From positions 642,285-674,284 of the forward strand of contig CAWBWK010000002.1 of assembly GCA_963792525.1 (NCBI GenBank): a stretch of DNA of 32,000 bases, in the 5' to 3' direction. The notes beneath the pieces are model-generated. The model saw nothing but the letters and a program-made list of their open reading frames with translations, searched no databases and was not told where the DNA came from. Positions 25,044 through 32,000 of the stretch are shown here, in pieces. The position numbers and the translations under genes are program-made. How positions within the stretch are numbered: position 1 is the stretch's first letter; every line of letters begins with the position of its first letter. This DNA comes from an uncultured Alphaproteobacteria bacterium (GTDB lineage Bacteria > Pseudomonadota > Alphaproteobacteria > Rhizobiales > Aestuariivirgaceae).

Positions 25044-25966
25044 GCCGCTTGCTCCAAATCAGTTGATGATTGTGCTTCGGCCTTGAAGGCCAGAATGAAG
25101 TCGCAAGCTTTGGAGGCAAGGCTTGCCGCCTTGACGATGGCGCGGGCGTCTTCTTTCAGGACTTGCAGCCAATTGCCGATATAATCGGCATGGCGGACGG
25201 TGGGAATAATGCCAAGCGATGCGCAGACAAACGCCGTTGCCATTTCGGCAACCAGTTCCTCGCGGGCGTAATCTACCGTGCCGAATTTGGTGGTGAGGTT
25301 GCGGTCAAGGCGGGTCTTGTGGCCTGTCCAGTGGCCAAGTTCATGGAAGGCCGTGCGGTAATAATTGATCTGGTCGGTGTAGGCCGTCTGGTTGGGAATG
25401 CGGATAAAGTCTTCTGACGGCACATAGAAGGCCTGATCACCACCAATGCGGAAATCCGCACCCGTGGCACCAATCAGCGCCTCGGCTTCCGGCACAATCT
25501 GCCGCTCGGTTTGTGCAACGGGTGGCGCAATCAAGCCCCTTGGGCAAGCCGTCGCATTGCTCGGCATTGAACACCGTATAGCGTTTGAGGAAGGCAATGG
25601 CTGATGGTTCGTCGCCTGTTTCCTCGGCGCGGCTGCTTTTCCTTCTGCGGCACAAACTTGTCGGCGAAATAGACATGTGTGCCCTTCTCGCCCTTCCGCA
25701 CACTGCCACCCATGGCGATGCATTGCTTGAAGGTCACCCAATAGGGAGAAGCAAAACCGCGTTCCTCAAGCGCAGACCACAACAACAGAATATTGATGCC
25801 GGAATAGCTGCGGCGGGTCAGGCCATTGACGGGAAGCCCCAAGGGGCAAAGCTGGCGGGTGCTGGTCCAAGGCTGCACCCATGGCACGATGCCGCGTTCC
25901 AGTTCGGCAATGATCTTGTCGGTGATATCTCTGTAGAGATTGTCTCTTCTGAATGCCCTTGGCCAT
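25040..25966 (-). pseudogene. ardC: ArdC-type antirestriction protein (ssDNA-binding N-domain plus HExxH metalloprotease), three frameshifts
   Basis: ATG at 25966 behind GAGGAGGA. Segments are MAKGIQKR / NLYRDITDKIIAELERGIVPWVQPW...RSYSGINILLLW...TFKQCIAMGGSVRKGEKGTHVYFADKFVPQKEK / SRAEETGDEPSAIAFLKRYTVFNAEQCDGLPKGL / IAPP...TAFHELGHWTGH. The frame moves one base at about 25945, about 25645 and about 25540 (GGGG run). Total length is 927 nt, consistent with three single-base insertions. Confidence 0.85.
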
Positions 25967-25986
25967 CACTGTCCTCCTCTTCCGCA

Positions 25987-26194
25987 CCTGAACCCCGAGA
26001 GTGGGGTGGGCGGTGCCTTGCGACTGAAGAGGCCCGCTGAATGAGGCGGGCCGCACCCGAAGGGCCGGAATGAAATGGAGGACTGCGCGAATACGAACCC
26101 TGTCGAACATTGTTGTCTTTGAGAACTTGCGCAGTTGCGGCCCGCCGCAGCGGGCCTAGAAAGGAGCGCCGCCCACCCCGCGAACGGGTTCAGG
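25987..26194. repeat. Large imperfect inverted repeat (arms about 25987-26056 and 26134-26194, ~77-nt centre) directly upstream of ardC
   Basis: Hand alignment of the left arm with the reverse complement of the right arm gives four perfect blocks: CCTGAACCC, GGGGTGGGCGG, AGGCCCGCTG and GGCGGGCCGCA. Each arm also contains its own GGCCCGC...GCGGGCC hairpin. Confidence 0.7.
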
Positions 26195-26333
26195 GCTCTT
26201 CAAAAATGTCATCGCGCAGCGATGGCCGCTGCAGAGCCAAGTCGACAGAATGTCACGTCGTAACGATGTCGAGACAATCGACATTAAGACAGTGGCTCAA
26301 GCTCAAGCTCAACCTTGGTGCGCTGTCTCCGCT

Positions 26334-26567
26334 TCACCTTGTCAACGGTACGCGCCATCGGCGGCATTTCGCCTGGCGGTAGCGATCGTTACCCGCAGGG
26401 CCGAGACTGACAACGTCAGGCTCGGTTGAGCGCAGCGAAATAGAGCGCGGACCCAGCTTGCTGGGGACCGTAAAAATATCCCGCTCAATATCAAACACGA
26501 AATCCGAACCACAAACGCTCAGCAATGTTGATACGGCAATGGATGTAATGTGCGGTTTTTGGTTCAT
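26334..26567 (-). CDS. Hypothetical small protein (weak call)
   Basis: 77-aa ORF divergent from the DUF4143 ATPase gene. No convincing Shine-Dalgarno and no recognisable motif. A possible one-base-shifted continuation (MPPMARTVDKVKRRQRTKVELELEPLS*) suggests it may also be decayed. Confidence 0.25.
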   Translation of the reverse strand: MNQKPHITSIAVSTLLSVCGSDFVFDIERDIFTVPSKLGPRSISLRSTEPDVVSLGPAGNDRYRQAKCRRWRVPLTR

Positions 26568-26608
26568 TTCAATGGCGAAAAAAACCTCATAGCTTGGTTA
26601 TCGCCTCT

Positions 26609-26696
26609 GTCCAATACGCGGGATTTTAGCTTCCAAATAGCGGGTCATTGACTTCCAATTAGCCGAGATCAATAGTTCCGATTGTCCGAGATTCGG
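26609..26696. repeat. Three to four degenerate ~22-bp tandem repeats beginning TCCAA(N)TA(G/C)GC
   Basis: TCCAATACGCGGG (26610), TCCAAATAGCGGG (26632), TCCAATTAGCCGA (26654), TCCGATTGTCCGA (26677). They lie immediately upstream of the ATPase start at 26704. Confidence 0.45.
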
Positions 26697-26703
26697 GGAA
26701 GGC

Positions 26704-27924
26704 ATGTATGAGCGGTTTGTAGAGCGGCGGGCGGAGCAGGCCCTTTCGGATACCCCAGTGGTCCTGATCGTAGGACCGCGCCGGGCAGGCAAAACCACGC
26801 TTGTCCGAAAAATGGGGGAAGCCGGTCGAACCTATATCACGCTCGACGACCAGACAGTGCTCGAAGCCGCAAAATCCGATCCGACCGGCTTCATCCGGGG
26901 CCTGGACCAAGCCATCATCGATGAGATTCAGCGTGCGCCAGACTTGCTGCTGGCGATCAAAAAGACGGTCGATGAGGATTATCGTCCGGGTCGCTTTCTA
27001 CTCACGGGTTCGGCGAATGTGCTGACCTTGCCACGGATTGCCGACAGTTTGGCGGGGCGTATGGAAACCATCCAGATGCTGCCGCTGGCGCGGGCCGAAA
27101 TCGAAGGTCGACCACCAACTTTCTTGGAGCGCCTCTTCGAGGGGAAGCTACAGAGCCAGAAAGATGCGGCGATTGGCGATGATCTTGTCCGGCTGGTCCT
27201 GCTCGGAGGATTTCCGGAAGCGATCAGCCGCGAAACCGAACGGCGTCGGCAGGATTGGGCGCGCTCCTATCTCAACTCGATTCTTACCCGCGATCTGCGG
27301 GACATCGCGGAGGTGGAAAAACTCACCGAGCTCCCAAAATTTGTGCGGCTGCTGGCCGAGCATTCCGGCCAGTTGGTCAATTATTCGCAGTTCGGGGGCA
27401 GCATTAACGTCAGCCACAAAACCGGACAACGTTATGTCGGCTTGCTCGAACAGGTCTTCCTGATCGCGACGGTGCAGCCCTGGTTCACCAATGCCCTTAA
27501 GCGGATCGTCAAAACTCCGAAACTGCATTTTCTCGATTCCGGTCTGCTGGCCAGCGTGCGCGGCCTGACATTCGCCAAGGTAAAGGCTGACCGCGGAACC
27601 TTTGGCGCACTGTTGGAAAGTTTCGTCTTCTCGGAAGTGTTGAAGCTGATGACAGCCTCGGACCTGCGGTTAACACCCTATCACTTCCGGGACCGGGACA
27701 AGCGTGAGGTGGACATCGTGCTGGAGCGCGATGACGGAATGATTGTCGGCATCGAAGTCAAATCGAGCGCAACAGTTACGGGTGGAGACTTCAGCGGTTT
27801 GCGAGCGCTGGCCGATGCCTGCGGAGACCGCTTTGCCTTTGGCGTTGTTCTCTATGATAGCACTGATGTCGTGCCGTTCGGTGACCGGCTGGCGGCGGCG
27901 CCTTTATCGTGTTTGTGGAAGTGA
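26704..27924 (+). CDS. AAA-family ATPase with C-terminal DUF4143 domain (COG1373-like)
   Basis: 406 aa. Walker A GPRRAGKTT, Walker B AIIDEIQ, and a C-terminal ...HFRDRDKREVDIVLERDDGMIVGIEVKSS restriction-endonuclease-like motif typical of AAA_14/DUF4143 proteins (recall). Confidence 0.8.
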   Translation: MYERFVERRAEQALSDTPVVLIVGPRRAGKTTLVRKMGEAGRTYITLDDQTVLEAAKSDPTGFIRGLDQAIIDEIQRAPDLLLAIKKTVDEDYRPGRFLLTGSANVLTLPRIADSLAGRMETIQMLPLARAEIEGRPPTFLERLFEGKLQSQKDAAIGDDLVRLVLLGGFPEAISRETERRRQDWARSYLNSILTRDLRDIAEVEKLTELPKFVRLLAEHSGQLVNYSQFGGSINVSHKTGQRYVGLLEQVFLIATVQPWFTNALKRIVKTPKLHFLDSGLLASVRGLTFAKVKADRGTFGALLESFVFSEVLKLMTASDLRLTPYHFRDRDKREVDIVLERDDGMIVGIEVKSSATVTGGDFSGLRALADACGDRFAFGVVLYDSTDVVPFGDRLAAAPLSCLWK

Positions 27925-28039
27925 AGGCCATGGCTTCGCACGAAAAAAGACACTTCCGGCTATCACATGCTCACGCATTAGATGGTGATTGGCAATGGGG
28001 ACCGGGAGTCCACCCTACACTCAACATCGGGGGAAAATC

Positions 28040-29632
28040 ATGACGATTGAACGCATTATTGTTCGAAATTATCGTGGATTGCGAAACGCCGATGTCACCC
28101 TCGGTTCTGGCACCAATATCATTGTCGGCAACAATGAAGCCGGCAAATCCACCCTGCTCGAAGCTATCAACTTGGCATTGAAATGTCAGTTAGGCCGACG
28201 ACCGATCGCTTACGAACTTCACGCGTTTCTATTCAACACCCTCACGGTTGCTGAGTTCATCGCTAGTCACCGCGCTAAGAAACCGAATCCGCCGCCAGAA
28301 ATCCTGATCGAGCTATATCTGAAAGATGATAAGGCGCTCGCCGACCTGAAAGGTTCGATCAATAGCCTCATGCTTGATCAACCTGGCATAAGTCTTACCA
28401 TAAGGCTCGACGAGAATTTTAAAGAGGAATATCGTGAGTATATCTCAGATCCTGATGCTTTAAACGGAATTCCGGTCGAATATTATGAGATCATTTGGCA
28501 AAGCTTTGCGGGTCAACCGCTTCAGACTCGTGCTATTCCGATCAAATCGGTTCTGATTGATCCGAGTTCCATTTCCAACACTAATGCCGCTAATCGCTAC
28601 ATCCTCGAAATCGTACGCGATTACTTAGACAAGTCGCAGGCCGTCGATCTGGCGCTGTCGTATCGCAAGATGCGCGACGAGTTTGTCAGTGATGCTCGAA
28701 TCGCAGCAATCAACACGGACCTGGCATCAAAGACAGGGATTGTATCGGACAAAGCGCTGTCGGTCGCAATGGACGTGACGTCTAAAGCCGGATGGGAGTC
28801 TAGCGTTCTTCCGCACCTCGATGGCATTCCGCTCACACTCATAGGAAAGGGTGAGCAGAACGCAGTTAAGGTGAAACTCGCCATGGAAGCATCGGACAAG
28901 TGCCATGTCTTCCTTATGGAGGAGCCTGAAAATCACCTGTCTCACAGCAACCTCAACAGGCTCATAAACAAGATCATCGAAAAATCAGATGGCCGACAAC
29001 TTATCATTACTACGCACAGCAGCTTTGTCCTGAATAAGCTGGGCATCGATAATACGCTAATGTTCAACGGACAGAATTCGGTCCGGCTTAACGATTTACC
29101 GAAAGCCACCGAAGCCTATTTCCGAAAGCTTCCTGGATATGACACGCTGCGGATGATCCTTTCGGAAAAGACACTGCTCGTCGAAGGACCGTCGGACGAA
29201 TTGTTGGTGCAAAAAGCGTTCCAACAGACTCATGGGAAAATGCCGCTCGAAGCGGGAGTCGAAGTGATCTCGGTGAATTCGCTCGCGTTTAAGCGCTTCC
29301 TCGATATCGCCAAGCTTCTGAAACTTGATGTTTGCGTGATTGGTGACAATGACGGAAAGTCCGCCACCAAGGAAGCAGGATACGCCGCCTATTCGTCTGA
29401 AAAGACCATAAGCATCCACATAGGCAAGGATGACGATTATCCAACCCTAGAGCCGCAACTTGTCAAAGCGAACGGACTTGCGAAACTCAACCGGATATTG
29501 GGTAAAACATATGCCGATGAAGCTGGGCTGATTCATTACATGACGAACCATAAGGCTGACACCGCGCTGATGCTGTTCGACAGCACAGAAGCAATTGATA
29601 TCCCGGAATACATTAAAAATGCAATCGCATAA
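28040..29632 (+). CDS. gajA: OLD-family ATP-dependent nuclease (ABC-type ATPase plus Toprim), GajA-like
   Basis: ORF trimmed to MTIERIIVRNYRGL (GGGGGA upstream). Walker A GNNEAGKST, Walker B/D-loop VFLMEEPENHLS, H-loop ITTHS. C-terminal Toprim LLVEGPSDELL ... VIGDNDGK. 530 aa. Confidence 0.8.
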   Translation: MTIERIIVRNYRGLRNADVTLGSGTNIIVGNNEAGKSTLLEAINLALKCQLGRRPIAYELHAFLFNTLTVAEFIASHRAKKPNPPPEILIELYLKDDKALADLKGSINSLMLDQPGISLTIRLDENFKEEYREYISDPDALNGIPVEYYEIIWQSFAGQPLQTRAIPIKSVLIDPSSISNTNAANRYILEIVRDYLDKSQAVDLALSYRKMRDEFVSDARIAAINTDLASKTGIVSDKALSVAMDVTSKAGWESSVLPHLDGIPLTLIGKGEQNAVKVKLAMEASDKCHVFLMEEPENHLSHSNLNRLINKIIEKSDGRQLIITTHSSFVLNKLGIDNTLMFNGQNSVRLNDLPKATEAYFRKLPGYDTLRMILSEKTLLVEGPSDELLVQKAFQQTHGKMPLEAGVEVISVNSLAFKRFLDIAKLLKLDVCVIGDNDGKSATKEAGYAAYSSEKTISIHIGKDDDYPTLEPQLVKANGLAKLNRILGKTYADEAGLIHYMTNHKADTALMLFDSTEAIDIPEYIKNAIA

Positions 29633-30746
29633 CCGCATTGTACTGGCATGCGCCGGGTCGGGAAAAACGACCGCCCTCGTTCGCGATGCGTGTGAAGACC
29701 CCGTTCGAAGCGCGGCGCTGATTACCTATACGATCAACGGTAGCAGTGAACTGTCTCGTGCCACGTATGACCACTCACATGCTATCCCACCCAAGATTAC
29801 AATCGGCACCTGGTACGCATTTTTGCTTCGGCATTTCGTGCGACCATATCAAAATCACCTCTATGTGCCGCGCGTTGTAGGTATTAACTTCACGCGCGGA
29901 CAATCCGCGCGTTATGCGAAGACGACCGACATTCGGAATCATTATTTTTCGCGCGAAGGCATTATTTATCTCGACAAAGTGTCGAAATTTGCATGCGAAG
30001 TAATTAAACGCACTAACGGTTTGCCGATCCGGAGACTGGAACAGATTTTTGACCGCATCTATATCGATGAGAGCCAGGATCTTGCGGGCTTTGACCTGGA
30101 ACTTGTTGAGCTACTGCTGCGATCCAACACACAAGTTATTCTGTTTGGCGATCACCGCCAAGCTACTTACGCGACCAACGACTCGGGAAAAAACAAAAAA
30201 TTTGCGCGCGCGAATGTCGTCGTCAAATTCCAAGAATGGGAAAGGGCTGGGCTGTGCAAGGTCGAGTACGAGACGCACAGTCATCGCTGCGTTCAGGCGA
30301 TTTGTGATTTTGCAGACCAATTCTACCCTGCGTTCCCAAAGACGAATTCCCTTAATAAGCAAATAACCGGCCATGACGGTGTTTTTGCCGTCGAGGCCAG
30401 TCAAGTTGCTACATACTTGACGCGCTTTGCGCCGCAGCCGCTTCGCTATAACCGAACACACAAGGGCATTCCCGGTTCTCCGATTAATTTCGGGAATGCG
30501 AAGGGCATGACCTTTGACCGCACGTTGATCTATCCGCACGGTCCGCTCGCCAAATTTCTTCAGAGCGGAGATGTTGCCGACGCTGGCGCTGAAATTCCGA
30601 AGCTATACGTAGCCGTCACGCGCGCTCGGCAAAGCGTTGGGTTTGTGGTGCCTGACGGTTGCACCGTGAAAGCGATGTCCGTTTACCGACCGGATACAGG
30701 TGGAGAGAGCACGAGAGAAAATGATCCGAATTCTACACACAGCTGA
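29619..30746 (+). CDS. gajB: UvrD/PcrA-like superfamily 1 helicase, GajB-like (short, 375 aa)
   Basis: The ATG at 29619 overlaps the gajA 3' end by 14 nt. Motif I ACAGSGKTT, motif II IYIDESQD, motif III LFGDHRQATY, motif VI LYVAVTRARQSV. Confidence 0.75.
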   Translation: MQSHNRIVLACAGSGKTTALVRDACEDPVRSAALITYTINGSSELSRATYDHSHAIPPKITIGTWYAFLLRHFVRPYQNHLYVPRVVGINFTRGQSARYAKTTDIRNHYFSREGIIYLDKVSKFACEVIKRTNGLPIRRLEQIFDRIYIDESQDLAGFDLELVELLLRSNTQVILFGDHRQATYATNDSGKNKKFARANVVVKFQEWERAGLCKVEYETHSHRCVQAICDFADQFYPAFPKTNSLNKQITGHDGVFAVEASQVATYLTRFAPQPLRYNRTHKGIPGSPINFGNAKGMTFDRTLIYPHGPLAKFLQSGDVADAGAEIPKLYVAVTRARQSVGFVVPDGCTVKAMSVYRPDTGGESTRENDPNSTHS

Positions 30747-31953
30747 TTGGCATATCGGTCAAACGCTTCGCGGGTTTTCGCGAGAGCAGGAGCACCGCAA
30801 GGTGTTTGAGCGGCTCGAAGAGATCGTCGTAGAGCGGGATGTCGATGCACTTGTCATCGCCGGTGATGTGTTTGATAGTCAGAACCCCTCCGGGGAGTCA
30901 CAACAGCTTTTCTACGATACGCTCGTGCGGCTGAGCCGCGCACATCCACGCATGACTACGGTAATTGCTGCCGGTAATCATGATGCAGCTGGTCGCTTGG
31001 AAGCGCCGCGGCCTCTGTTGGAAGCATTCAACATCCGCGTCGTAGGCAATGTTCGGCGGCGTGAAGGCGTGGTCGAGGCTGCGCGTCATCTCGTTTCTAT
31101 CACTGACGCAAGCGGTGCGGTGGCCGCTCATGTACTTGCAGTCTCTTATCCAACCGCAGCTTGCCTTCCGAATTTGACACGACTGGATGGTGAAGCAGGT
31201 TCGCCCGTCATTGCCGGCGTGCGAAGCCTATATGCCGAATTGGTAGGCACGTTACGGGGTCGGATGGATGGCATGCCGTTCGTCCTCACGGGACATCTCC
31301 ATGTCGCGGGCGGCATCGAGTCAGAAGGCGCGGAGCGCCGAATTCTGGTCGGTGGTCAGCATGCCGTGCCGCCTGACGTGTTCCCGGCAGAAGCGAGCTA
31401 TGTGGCGCTTGGCCATTTGCATAAGGCTCAGGCTGTCGGTCGTGAGACCATCCGCTATTCTGGTTCATTGATCCCTTTGTCGGCGACAGAAATTCCTTAT
31501 GCACATGGGGTCACACTTGTGAGCGTCGACGGTACATCGGTCCAATCCGAACATATCTCGATTGACCGTCCAGTTCCCTTCGTCCGCCTTCCTGAGGCGG
31601 GAGATATGCGCTTGGGCGAATTTGGTGATCATCTGGCAGCAATGGATCTCTCATCGGACCTATTGATTCATGAACGACCGTTCGTACAAGTCAAGCTTGC
31701 CCGAGAGGGGCTATCGCCTGGGTTCAGAGAAGAAATTGACCGCATCGCCGAGAGCTTTCCGGTGCGCGTGGTTGATACTCGGGTCGCGGCAATACCCGGG
31801 GCGTTAATTGAACTGACCATCACCGATCCTATGATACGGCTGGCAGAAAGAGATCCCGAGGATCTGTTTAAGCTCGCATTTGAACGCACCTTAGGGGTGG
31901 CTCCGGATGCCGCGCACCTGGATGTTTTCCACCGGGCACGGGCGGAGGCATAG
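30721..31953 (+). CDS. sbcD: Exonuclease SbcD (Mre11-family phosphoesterase)
   Basis: MIRILHTADWHIG, VIAGDVFD, AGNHD, GHLH are calcineurin-like phosphoesterase motifs I-IV. The ATG (GGAGAGAG upstream) lies 26 nt inside the gajB-like reading frame. Confidence 0.9.
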   Translation: MIRILHTADWHIGQTLRGFSREQEHRKVFERLEEIVVERDVDALVIAGDVFDSQNPSGESQQLFYDTLVRLSRAHPRMTTVIAAGNHDAAGRLEAPRPLLEAFNIRVVGNVRRREGVVEAARHLVSITDASGAVAAHVLAVSYPTAACLPNLTRLDGEAGSPVIAGVRSLYAELVGTLRGRMDGMPFVLTGHLHVAGGIESEGAERRILVGGQHAVPPDVFPAEASYVALGHLHKAQAVGRETIRYSGSLIPLSATEIPYAHGVTLVSVDGTSVQSEHISIDRPVPFVRLPEAGDMRLGEFGDHLAAMDLSSDLLIHERPFVQVKLAREGLSPGFREEIDRIAESFPVRVVDTRVAAIPGALIELTITDPMIRLAERDPEDLFKLAFERTLGVAPDAAHLDVFHRARAEA

Positions 31954-31955
31954 TA

Positions 31956-32000
31956 ATGCGGATATTGGCTATACGCGGCGAGAATCTGGCAAGTCTTGCT
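31956..32000 (+). CDS. sbcC: SbcC-like SMC-family ATPase, first 15 codons only
   Basis: ATG 2 nt after the sbcD stop, behind GGAGG. MRILAIRGENLASLA matches the usual SbcC/Rad50 N-terminal strand. The remainder is outside the window. Confidence 0.6.
   Translation, partial: MRILAIRGENLASLA

Noticed and set aside
1-32000. tRNA, rRNA, tmRNA, CRISPR arrays, riboswitch upstream of the agmatinase operon
   Set aside because: No cloverleaf-like conserved T-arm strings, no regularly spaced direct repeats with unique spacers, and the agmatinase upstream region (2069-2142) is too short for a guanidine-type riboswitch. This was a scan by eye only, so absence is not proven.

Overview
GC-rich, alphaproteobacterium-like window with four parts. 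(1) 1-3042: a chromosomal-type metabolic operon on the minus strand: ABC permease fragment, NitT/TauT-type binding protein, agmatinase-family ureohydrolase and a LysR regulator with an in-frame amber codon. (2) 3722-25966: a trb/P-type (MPF-T-like) conjugative element on the minus strand. Gene order is ardC, small ORF, parB-like, [IS3], traG, RHH regulator, [7.5 kb cargo], trbB-C-D-E-J-K(alt)-L-F-G-I, DUF2274. The backbone is heavily decayed. By hand translation I count about 14 frameshifts. traG has lost its 5' end and the parB-like gene its 3' end at a 1326-bp IS3-family element that has no target duplication. (3) The cargo between the RHH gene and trbB (13.5-21 kb) holds a SAM methyltransferase, two toxin-antitoxin loci with broken toxins and intact antitoxins, and the most unusual content of the window. 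That content is four intact paralogous genes for secreted ankyrin-repeat / class I cytochrome c fusion proteins, three in a head-to-tail array and one convergent. (4) 26.7-32 kb, plus strand, all intact: an AAA/DUF4143 ATPase, then a Gabija-like pair (OLD-family ATPase-Toprim nuclease plus UvrD-like helicase). The pair's reading frames overlap each other and a downstream sbcD-sbcC pair, suggesting one four-gene nuclease/helicase operon. No tRNA, rRNA or CRISPR array was recognised. All family assignments come from motif recognition and recall, not database searches. Coordinates of frameshift sites are approximate.
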